The notes under the pieces were generated by a model, which did not search any database, was not told the origin of the DNA, and worked only from the letters and a program-made list of their open reading frames with translations. Made by a program: the position numbers and the translations under genes. DNA of 64,000 bases from Nageia nagi (lineage: Eukaryota; Plantae; Pinophyta). Positions 29,101 through 41,100 of this stretch are shown piece by piece. How positions within the stretch are numbered: the first letter of the stretch is position 1; every line of letters starts with the position of its first letter. The stretch covers positions 148,800,001 to 148,864,000 of the forward strand of contig JBITNC010000001.1 in NCBI GenBank assembly GCA_050084985.1. Direction: 5' to 3'.

Positions 29101-32100
29101 ATTAATATGTTGCAAAATAGAGTAAATCACTAAAATAAAGTCATTCTAAATAGCTAAGATGCAAACTTAAGTGTCTTTAGTAACATGAGAGTACAGGCAT
29201 CAATTCATACAGGTAAGATCTCTTCTATTGCTTTCTGCTGCTGGAATTAAAGGTTAAATAAGTGATGTGAATTTTATGTTTTTTAATTGATTCTGGTGTA
29301 CACATAATTCTGAATGCCTTGCACTTTTACAAAATTTCAAGTATCTATTACAAGCATTGGTGCACTTACTGATGGAGCTACGATTGGGATGACACAACCC
29401 AAAATTAAAATGTGTCATTCAACATAGACAAGCTATGGACAACAGAAACAGTTGATGGACTAGATCTAGGAAGTATGATGTCATTATAGGATATACCTGG
29501 CTGAAAGATTTAACCCATTATAGGATATACCTGGCTGCAAAGACAATAAGGCCTATGTAGATGGTAAGGAAAAAGATGTCCTCTTGAGACATAACTCTGC
29601 TAGAGACAAAATCCTATTGGGGGAGAATCCATGCCAATCAACAATGATAATAAAGTACTGTTGTACGACACAACTAAATATCAAGAAGTGTTGGCAGATC
29701 TTTTGTGCAAGGTAATTCCAAATTCGATGTAGATGTAAAACTGGTCCTTGGAGAGTTAAAAAGATGTTACAAGTTTACCTCCCACGATGTAAATTGAGAA
29801 ACTTCTTTGTCAGGAAAAAAATCATACATAGCATATTTGATATTTCCTAGGGGTGTTGTCGTCCTTTTTCCTAAAGAAGGATGGCATGCTAAGATTGTGC
29901 ATATACTATAGTCAAATCAACAATTTTACCATAAAAAACAACTATCCTTTTCCAGGGATAAATGAACTATTGGATGAACTTGGCGACACTATATATTTTT
30001 CAAAATTGAAGTTATTAGGTAGGATGTCACCAAGTTTGAATTAAAGAAACACATATATAGACAAAACTGCATCAGAACCAGATACAGTCATTATGAGTTT
30101 GTGATAATTCTGCTTCGTCTTGCCAAGGTCCAACTACTTTAATTATGTTAATGAATGACATTTTTTGACATTATCTAGATAAATTGGTGGTTATTTTTCT
30201 TGACTATGTTGCATTTTATTAAAAAAAAAAGAGCATGAATCACATCTACACAAAACTTTAGAAATACGATGAGAACATAAGTTGTAACATATATGCTAAA
30301 CTAATTCCTAAATTGTTTATCTTTGTTTGGTGGCAAGCCAGATAGTGATTTGTATTGTGTCTGATGATCACCGCGTGAAAAATCCACAACAGATTTACAT
30401 GGTGAGATGAGGACTATCAGAATTGTCTTTTGTACATCTTTTGTCTATATGCTATATTAGAACTTATCTTTAACATGATAATATTTATGATTGTGAATCG
30501 TGATTGTGTATGCATTCAACAGAAAATATTTTCAGATGCATTGGGAGTTCTAGATTCCCCTGGAACTGATCCAAAGCTAACATCGTTAGCAATTCTCACA
30601 ATGGGCAAACTATCTCCTTTAATACTGAAGTTTTCAGGCAAGGAAAGTCTTCTACAAACATTTTACCGACTTGTTCCTTTTGGTGGCAGCTTCCACAGGT
30701 TTATTTTTTTATTCCTGTAGCTGACTCTTGAAAATTGCTTGTCATGTATTACAAAGCATGCTAAAAATATTGTAAATGCTATTATTTTAATCTCGTTGTT
30801 GTTAAATATATTATTGGAAGGAAGATGACAGGAAATATTTTGGATTATTACATTATAATATGACTAGGTTAAGTCATTAGTACATTGGTTATGCGGGAGT
30901 TGGTTTAGGTAGTTGCAATTTTACCCATCTTAACTATCCAAATCTGAGAGAAGGGAGTATTAGGAATGTTCTATCTTAGTTTACCTTGGCATTTGGAAAT
31001 GCAACTTACAAGCCCAATGTGTGAATCTCCTTAGCATGTTCTACTTACCGTTTAAAAATATGTTTTTCATCCATTGTGACACCTCATAGGGCGGTGTCCA
31101 TGACTTGAGCATTGATGTGTATTATTATGTCTTAACCAATGCTGGATATATGACAACTGCAGTCACCTTTGCTATTGAACCCTTTAAGTTTCACTTCACT
31201 TGATTGTTCTCAGTTAATCCTTGAACATTCTTACCGATATGATCAGCACGCTCAGAAAGATGGACAACATGATGCTTATAGACTTCAGAAGTATTGTAAA
31301 TTGTTTAAACTTCTTTTATCAATCCTTCTTTACTTCCTAAAACACATGAATGAGGTTAGTTGCAATAAGTATTTTAACTCGTTGTATGATCTATCATGTA
31401 AATCAAGATAATATAGGGATTTTTTGCTTTTGGCTTTCTGGCCATTCTGGTGAATTTGCTGCTATTTCTGACAAACCAAATGGTTTACTTTCCTTTCAAG
31501 ACATAGGAAACAAAATTGGTTTCATGATCTAGCTTCTTCACTTTCTAGTTTCCCTGTCTAGCATACCACACCTGTTAAGCTAGATCACATGGTACGACGG
31601 TATTCAAATACAAGTACCGGTACATGTTACATTTGGGTGCTGAAAATCCTGTACATTGGTACGGCATATATATATACATTGGTATGAATTGAATTTCCTC
31701 TTGATTGCCTTATCTGTTTTGTGCACATGTTCTTTTCTCTGTTCCGTTAGATAAGGGCATGAATCTCTATTCTTACTTGTTTTGGTTAGGATTCTTTCTT
31801 TCTATTAATATTGTTCTGCTTGTATAGGTTATAAAGGTATGGTATTTAGAAAGTGTCTTTGAACATGATTTGCCATTTGGTTAATGGCTGCGCAACTTGA
31901 TGCAGTTGTAATTCTTGAAATTCTTTTTCTTCCATATCAAATGAAAATAAATAAGGTGTGACATATTATCAGAAGGCCTAATATAAGGAATATCTTGCTG
32001 TAACAATAAAAAATAAAAAATTAATCTTATTGATCTTGAAATTGATTTGCAGAGACCATAATGGGAGAGAGGAGTCTCTAAAATTCTCAGTGACACTTGT

Positions 32101-35100
32101 TGGTGCATTTGCTGACATGGTTGTGTACCTTGATAACGTAGAAAATTATGTGGTCTCTCTTCTAGCAAAGGTTTCAGTTGAACAAATTCAATATTTTCGA
32201 TTGTTTCTGCAATTGGTTAAGTGGTTACTCTATCAGGTTAACTTTATTTGGCAGTCAATGTGTATATTGTAAAATATTTGAAATGACATGTATTTTGCAG
32301 GCTGTTGGGAACACTTTCCATGGGTTCCCTTATTTGTTTCCAAAGCAACGACGTGGATTATACACAAGTCTTCAGAGGCTCTTCAATGCTCTTTTTTCAA
32401 AAGATGCAGTTTTTACTGTTTTCCTTAATAATATAGGTAGTATTTCATCCCATACCAAAAGAATAGCTATTCATTAATTTACTTCTTACAATTTTGAGGT
32501 TGTTGTAGTAAACCTTGGTGACGTGGAAGAGTTAATTTCTGACATTGTTATGACAAGAAGTACATGATTATTTTGAAGAATGCATATGAAGAATCATTGT
32601 TTCCATCAATGGATAGATGATTATTTTGAAGAATGCATATGAAGAATCATTGTTTCCATCAATGGATAAAAATTGAGATATATCCTCTTCTTAGCACATG
32701 GCATAATGACAATAGATGTTTGTAGACACTTAAAATTGCATTTTAACTATCTAAAATGACTTTATTTAGATGATTTACTTGCAAAAATGCTAATTTGGGC
32801 TATTTTGAATAAACTTCAACAAAATCTTGTAATTTAGCATTATCTTATGTGCACTCAGCACTGTGTGGCTCTACTCAGGTGAATTCAAAATTATAAATTC
32901 TCAAATCTCTATATGGCAAAAACAAAAGCTTATTTTATCATCATCTAGTATCATAGTGATCTTGGGATTTCACATCTAACATTGTACATGCTTTTGTTTT
33001 CAAAAGCTCTAACACTAAGACTTGTTTTGAGATTGATCATATTTTTCTCCAATATTTCCATGAGTTAGATTTGTAGGTATTGAATCAAAATTTTGAGGGC
33101 AAACTCCAGATTCACGTAAAATTTGACAAGACCATCAACCAAAGTTTGCCAGGCCTCAAAACCTTGCAATTCCCAAAACATGGTGTAACATTCAACAATA
33201 TATATAATTGATTAAGTTGAAGGAAATCCTTCAATGGCAACAGAAAAATATAAGAGAAATATTTGCCAAAACAACTTCAAAAGTGGAATACCCTAAGGAA
33301 TAGCTAACAAAACATAAAAGGACACTAAGTTGCCAGAGAGGTACATCAAACACTTTCGGAATTAAAGATGCTTAAGGCTTAAGAAGCTAGTCCACAACCC
33401 AACATCAAAGCTTTAAACAAAAGCATGATAAAACCTTTATGCTCAGGAGTCGGATCATTATCCCTGCCAAAGAGGGACCTCCAAAATTTGGTAAGTAGTA
33501 AAAGCAATGCTATAAAGCCAGCACATATTCAGATTTAAGCATGAAATATTCAAGCTCAATCACAATCATGTTCTCATGAACAAGGTGTTTCTCAAAAGCT
33601 GAACAGGTGATGCTCTCTTGTGGTATCATGAATTACTAAATGACAGCATTCAAAGTTTTGAGGATAATATAGGCAAAATTTTCGCAAGAATTTACGCTTA
33701 ACATCATACATGATGCAACACTGGGAGATTTCTACAAACTCAAACAACTAGCAAATCATAAATTTTGTGAGGTTTCGAAAGGTATGGAGAAGAAAAGCCA
33801 ACTTCATTCAAAGAATACATACACAATTTAATTGATTCACCACTGGAAGACATGATTCACAAGATGGTAAAAAAAGAAACAATCTTGCAAGAATCTGGTA
33901 CTTTGAAATATGGCATGAATAACATAAATGCAACTAGAAAAGAAAACAATACAATAACACTTGAATAGGCAACTGTTGTGCCTACATAACACCCCCCAAA
34001 TTTTTTTGCATTTTGAGGATCCTAAGGAAAACAAAGAGGGAATTGCATGAAAGAAATTTGTCAAAGGGAATGCGTATCTTTCGGTCTAGCTTCGGGAACA
34101 TGTTTAAGCTGCATTTTTGTGGTAGTCAAGTCAAAAATCATGCATTTTCCAACCTGTCACATGTTTTTCAATGAATGCTTTTGCACCCCTCTCAAACCAT
34201 GCGACCAGCTGCCTCTTCCGTTTTTCAGCACTTGCATTTTATGTTTAGTTGCACCCTGAAGGCCTCCATTTTGTAGGAATCCACCTACATTTCATGTGTC
34301 GTTTTTAGTCAAAAATGCAAAGGAAAATCAGTCATTTTCAGCCTGTCGCATGTTTTTGAGGGAGTCCTTTTGCACCCTCTTGAAAAGGTGTGACTAGGGT
34401 GAACATCATCTCACACTTAGCATTTTTTGTCTTTGCATTAAGTTGTCGCATGTTTTCATAAGAGTCCTTTTGCACCCTTTGGAAAAGGTGTGACCAAGGT
34501 GAAGATTTCTACACCTAGCATTTTCAAACTTGTCGCATGTTTTTGGGTGAGTCCTTTTGCGCTCACCAAAAACGGTGCGACCAGAGGAGATTTCATACTT
34601 AGCATTTTTTTGGAGCATTAAGGCTGTCGCATGCTTTTAGGAGAGTCCTTTTGCACTTGTCCAAAAGGGTGCGACCAAGGTGTAGAAAACTTAGTCATTT
34701 TCTTGGGCATCAAACCTTGTCACATGCTTCTTGAGGAGTCCTTTTGCACCTATTTGGAACCATGCGACCAGATCAGTGAAGGAAAATTGGCTAAGTGTTG
34801 GACTTCATTTGTTGACAAGTGGAAACTCATGCATTGGACCTTTTTCCGCACTTATCATGTGGCGACACCTGTCCCATCCGGAGGGCTATAAAAAGGAAGT
34901 CAACCCCTTTGTTTCAGTTTGCAAACTTGTCTAGGGTAGAGCGTGGGAGTAGAGAAGAAAAAACACTCCTTCTAGGACATGCGACCAAGGATCACTTGTA
35001 TTTTTTTTGAAGTATCTTGAGATCTCAAGCCTTGGGAAGCGGGCTAGGACTCAGGCGCAAGGATTGAGGCATATGCTTTTAGAACCCATCCAAAAGGGTG

Positions 35101-38100
35101 CGACTAGGGGTTAAACTTCAAATTAGTTTGGAATTTGGCTTAGTGCTTAAGGTCCCAATCGCATGCTTTTCATAACATCCTTTTGCACCCTTCAAGAGAC
35201 ATGTGCCCTTGTTCTTGGTCCACTATTTGACCCCTAGATGAACCAATCGGAAGGTGACTCTTGGCAAGTACATGAATCTATAAATACCCCCAGCCCTTGA
35301 TCATTTCAATAACTCCATTTCATAATTACCCTCTTCCCTAGTTGCACCATTTCTCATGCATGCTTAGGCGCTCATTCCAAAACGTGTGACCAAGAAGATG
35401 GAAGGTTTTTGGGAACACTACACATCTAGTTAGCCTTTTAAGCTAAGGCATTTTAGTCCAACCCTTGGACCTAGTCGCGTACTTTCAAAGCTGTGCTCAA
35501 AGCACTCATCCAAAACCATGCGCCCAGATCTAAAGTGAAGAATTTTGTCTCGGAATTTGATTAAATGACCCTAGGCCCAATCGCATGCTTTTCAAGCTAT
35601 GCTTTTTCACTCATCCAATATTGTGTGCCCAAATTTGTCAGATGTCAAGAGTTGAAAGGGGAAGGAGATAAGTGATATTCTTACATGGCTTCAAACATTA
35701 GAGCACCTCCATTGAGAGCCAAGAAGGTTCAAAGCTAGTTCTTCGAAAGGCATGTGACCAAAAGCCAGATAACACAGCTTTTGAAGGAAAGCCTGATTGA
35801 ATTTCAGCAGAAAGAAACACCAGAGCTCCTTGAAGCCAAATTCAAGGGGCGACATATCTTCGTTGGTGACACAGATTGGGGAAACTTGGACCCTATCCTA
35901 ACTTAAGCCTCCATGTCCTCCATCAACAAAGAGGACTTATCAGAGCAACTCATCCACACATGTGGTTTGTTCAATGTTGCTATGATGCCATTTGTAGTAC
36001 CTTTTCCTGACCTATGTAGTGAAGTTGCCAAGAAGTGTGAATACGACAAAAGGGTCTTGCGGGACACAGAGGGCAACGTGATCATGGACTTTTCTCTTGC
36101 TGGAGTTGAAGTAGCCTTTGGCTGGAAAAGATATGGGGACGATTATACATTGGCTTATTCTGAGAAGTTGCATGATTCCACAACCCGACTTGGGGATTAC
36201 ATTTGACCTTGGTTGCTTGAAGAGTATCAAAACCTTCAAGGGTAGAGATTGATCATGGAGAGAGGAAATTCTGCCAGTTGTTGCAAAATTGATCACTCTC
36301 CTGTCGAGGGTGATTGGTCAAGAAAATGATGTCAAATATAGAAGAGAATTCACAGGTTTCATTGCAGCTATCAGTTTGGGGAGACCTATCTGATGGGCTG
36401 GGGTAATTAGTGATGCCCTGCGCCACTAGTTAGCCTATTTCGGCTCCTCGAAGAACTTCTATATGAACTCTTATCTTGTGTACCTGTTGTTGCATGGTAA
36501 AGCCAGATCCAAGGAGTTGGCTGATGAAAAGTACTTGGGGTAGAATGCCCCATGTGGAGAGCTTACTAGAAGTGGTGGTACCAGAACAAGTTCTAGTATT
36601 TCTATGAGAGGATAGATTATTGGGAGTATGATATCTACAAGGATATCAAAGGGGAGTCCGTTGTGTAGAGGATTTCTGATGCAGCTGTTTAAGCCATCAG
36701 TGTACATGCAGATTTCTTTTTGCAGGACGCTGACTTTACATATATCAGAGTTTATGGCTCAGAAGAGCAACCCTTGCTCCTACCAAGATATGCCAGTGAC
36801 AGATTGATTCTCATGGAGTTTGCCAGGCAACTCTTGTTCTTGAAGGAGAAGGTCTGGAAGAAGAAGAACGCCACCATAAATTTGCCTATTTCTATATCCA
36901 GATATGTGTGCTAGACGTGGATTGAGGCAACACATATGAGAAAAGAGCTACAACAGTACAACTTCTTCAGGGAAGCTGCTGCTAGGAACTGTGATCCTAA
37001 GGTTATAATCACACATTTCTATGACATAGCTTTCCACATGCCCATTCGTTTCCACATTTTCCACATAATTCTTTGGGAAACGAAGAGAAGTATAGGAACG
37101 TGCGTGATAAAGGGGAAATTGCACAAATAGATGCTCTTTTGAGTAAGAAAAAGGCTCCCCTTCAGGCAGAGAAGCCCCCTCAAAGACCTCGAACTACCAA
37201 AGCTCCGATCTAAAGAGATCCCTTTAAGGATCAAGTCTCCTTTTGCTTCTCACACAACGTCCTCACCAAGAAAGGCACTCTTGCTTCTTGCAAGAAAAAG
37301 GCAAGAGGCCTTGAGGGAGCCCAACTCGGGTCCCAACAAACTCATTGTTATAGAGGCTGATCTCAAAGACGCTGATTATCATGCTCTTCCCTTGTATGTA
37401 TTGAATGATGTGGTGAATGCAGCTTTTGCCAGTGGTTCACCCACCAAGGCAATCTCTTCCAGATTTTCCCATTCTCCTAGTCCTAGGGAGAAAATTCTCC
37501 TTCTAAAACCAAGTTCTAGCTCTAGCTCTAGCTCTGAACGTTCCTCTTCTTCTTCCAATGATGACACCGATGAAGATCCTAACCGTATGGTGGAAGATTC
37601 TAGAAAAGTATCAAAAAGCCGTAGTGAGAGAGACGAAGAAGAAGATGGTGATGTTGATAATGCTGCCAATATGCCTGAACAAGAGGATGTAGCTGTAGGT
37701 GCTTTATCACCTGATGAGAAAAATTGAAACCATCTCGGATGAAGAGATAGTGGACGTTGGTACCTATGATGATGATGTCCAAATAGTTGGAGAAAAGTGC
37801 GCTAGAGAGGTGGTTGCATCTAAATCGTCTCCTGTCGAACATAAGAAGTCCCCTTCTTTGGATAAATCCTCCACCAAGAGGAGTCATGAGAGATCTCCCC
37901 AGCTTCGGAATAAAGGATTATCTATAGGCAGTAATGGAAGAGATGAAGAAGATGAAGGAGAGACTGAGGAACAAATAAAAGAAGAGGAGGTAGGAGGAGC
38001 ATTAAGAAAAAGAAATGGCCGTAGTTCAGACCAATCTAGTGAAGGAGGTCAAGAAGATCGATAAAGGAATATTGTTGGTTCAAAGGTTTCCCCCTCGGCT

Positions 38101-41100
38101 AACAACAAAACATCCGGATCTTGACCTGGATGCTTGCCTTAGAGCCCTTAGCATAAGTACAACTCATGATGAAGACATAGACTAGGACTTGCGTTCTGAA
38201 GATGAGGATGAAGAACTTTTAGATGGGGAGAAGATTTGGAGGGTGGACACTTTTGTCTCCACCTCTCGAAAAGAGATCTCCATTAGCCATTGCTACTCAA
38301 AGGAGAAGCACCCTCAAAGAGTGGAGGATTGTGTCATCGAGACATTCACAATGCCTATGAAACTAGACTTGACAGCCAGAAAACACATTGTTACTCAAAA
38401 TGCTGCAATCATGGAGCAGGATTGCTATGAAGCCAAAAAGGAGGTGAAGAGGTTGAAGAAGGAACTCACGGCTAGCAGGAAGATCATCAAGGAGTTCCAG
38501 AATATTAGCACCACCCCTTGAGACCTGCAGAAGCACACTTCTTTCCTTGAAGGATGGAAACTGATGAAGGAGCAACTTAGGAACGAAGTGATGGAGGGCA
38601 TCGAGAGATTGTCTTCACCTATTTACAAACTCCTTGTTGAAGGTGTTGAAATCAGGGATCTCAAGACACAGATTTCAGCACAGCATAGCACGTTGGATAG
38701 TTATCTTCCCGTCGTCTTCGATCTACAACACATTTATGCCGACAACCTTGAGAAGTTGGTCTATTGCCATGAGTTCACTTATCATCACGATTGGTTGAAC
38801 CGTGCACTTGAGAAATGCAACGTAGTCCTGAAAATCAGAATCTCTTTGAGAAAGGAGATCGAGGAACAAATGAGTGAGTATCCTTATCAACTCAAGTTCC
38901 AAGGGGAGGATAACAACGCTAGGAAGGAGGAGGTGGTATTGGCAGAGGCCCAAAATCCGATTCAAGAGCATCTTGAAGTTGATGATCTCAGCTTGCTGAA
39001 GGCAGGACATCCTATCATCCATGAGAGGTGGATGGTCAATGAGAGGTGGATGGTCATCTGGAGACACCAGATGTAGGCTACGTCCAAGAATATTGAAGGA
39101 TATTTCTTGCAAAATGGTAGTACTTTTGGCATGATCTCTAGGGGCATGCAGAAGACTGTGGCATTCTTGGTGGAGACCATTGAGTCCTACGGTGTCACCA
39201 GTAAGGAGTGGAACTCTGCTCGTATCGAATCAGATCTGACCTAGGTTTGATTCACCTGTAGACTTCATCTGCGGTATCTTTTCTTTGTTTAATGCATACT
39301 TAATCTTGGTTGTTATGGGGTAGGGATGAGGTTTTGCTCCTGCCAAGTTAAATCTGTCAAACTCATTTATGGCTCTGATTGATGCAACGATGAGGTTTTG
39401 CTCCCGCCGGTTTAGATGTTAGACTTTTCAGATTATTTATTGCATATCTGATTTTTTGTTGCATAGATTAGATATAGATTAGATGCATTTTGATGGTGGC
39501 ATTTATATTTTGTTAGCGTTAAGTGCCACTTGCATGCTTTTTTGCGATCTGATTTTGTATCAATATGTGTGTTGCGTGTGTGCGCATCATATCAGATTTG
39601 ATGCTTTTCGGTCAGCACTTCTAGTGGCCTATTTATACCCCACTCTGGCCATTTAGAAGGGGATTTTGACATGAGGGATTTTTGACATGAGGAATTTATG
39701 CATAGGCTCTTGACACAATTTTGCATGGGACTTTTGCACTTAATGAAAGCATCATATATTGGAGTTCTTGTATCTTTGAGGTTCTGGCTATTTGGTTCAT
39801 GTATGTAATCATTTTGAGCCTTTGCATATTATAATACTCACATTCCATTGCATAGAGGTTTGCTGCATAAGGGGTTCTATGCATGTATGGTTGTTGAAAA
39901 TCATTATGAATATGTCTATCTAGAGGAATGAAATAATAAAGTTTATACTGTGAGGAATATCATTTGTGGGATTATGCATATTTGAATGATTCTTTCTTTG
40001 AGTTGCATATTGAATATTCATGTGAGAGAGTTTGATCCTTCTTTGCATAGGTTGCACGTAAGCGGATATATTCTGAGGCTTACAACTTGTTTTTATATCA
40101 TTCGGTTAAGTTATTGCACTCACACCCTCACTTCACCTATACTCCCTCCATCGAGTCTTCCATAAAGACCCTACAGCTTCTTGCTCTTGTGTAGTAGTGA
40201 TTTGAGCATATTTGCTATTTGGGGCCTGGCTTGATAGTGAGTGCATCAACCTTAATGAATCTGAAGATGACTTGCCGAGACACTATATCCCTGGTGATAT
40301 CCTCATAATTCTTTCCCTTTCCTCGTATTTCCTTGCATCTATCCCTGTGTTTGTCCCTGCATTTGTGATCTTTCTTCGCTTTTGTTCACATTTGCAGTCT
40401 TTTCTCATTTGTGGAAATAATCTCTGACGTGTATTTCTCTTGTATACGGTTAACAACATGCATCTTTGATTGCTAAGCCATCAAGACCATATTCCTTGTG
40501 AGCGCTTGGGGTAACCAATCCTTTCTGGTAGAAACAAGTAACACTGTTTCCTCCAAGTCTTGTGCATGTTTTCGGCGAGAAAAGAAAAACATATCAACAG
40601 AAACAATCTAAACCAACAATCCAATAGTTGTGGCAACTATTGAACAGGTTCAAACAAATTTACACCAAAGACCTCAGAGAAGATATATCAGCTTTCAAGA
40701 AAGCCTTAGCTTAGTATTGAACACCCTAATAAACTAGCAAATGATTGAGCTATGTACAAGAATAGAAAATCACTTACCTAATGATGTACCATAAGGTTAC
40801 AATTTTGATAAATTTTACAACTATCACAAAACAATGAATATACCATGAAACAAATGCAGAAAATTTAGACATACTAGGCAGTGTTTGATTAAAAGGTAAC
40901 CAAGTTTGATGATGATCCTCAACCTACACAACAAATTCAACCAATACCATTGGTTCATCCGCAATACCAGAAATTGGAAATCTTCAGTGATTTCTTACCA
41001 CAAGAAATTGTGAATCATGTAGAAAACCATTTGAAAGTATTGTTGTGTTTGTCGAAATAATGTCAGGATAGGGTCATATTTCAGAGTTCAGGTCATCATA

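Larger units (their letters stand above)
33974..40599 (+). mobile_element. Family D copy 1: 6.6-kb TGTTG..CAACA unit (giant solo-LTR-like) with internal long ORF
   Basis: TSD GCAAC/GAAAC; no terminal direct repeats; 5' end TGTTGTGCCTACATAACACCCC nearly matches family B; homologous to 50817-59045. Confidence 0.8.

Noticed and set aside
31585-31690. GGTAC-rich stretch resembling hAT MITE subterminal repeats
   Set aside because: No TIR or TSD could be defined.
32990-33973. Possible minus-strand DNA-transposase (hAT-like) remnant flanking D1, continuing after 40600
   Set aside because: Too degenerate to identify any diagnostic motif.
34130-34780. CRISPR-like appearance of palindromic repeats with spacers
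   Set aside because: Eukaryotic TE context, degenerate repeats, mutually similar spacers, no cas genes.
35685-39244. D1 ORF as a host gene nested in the intron
   Set aside because: Intronless, multiply disrupted, bounded by TE termini and TSD, and duplicated in D2.
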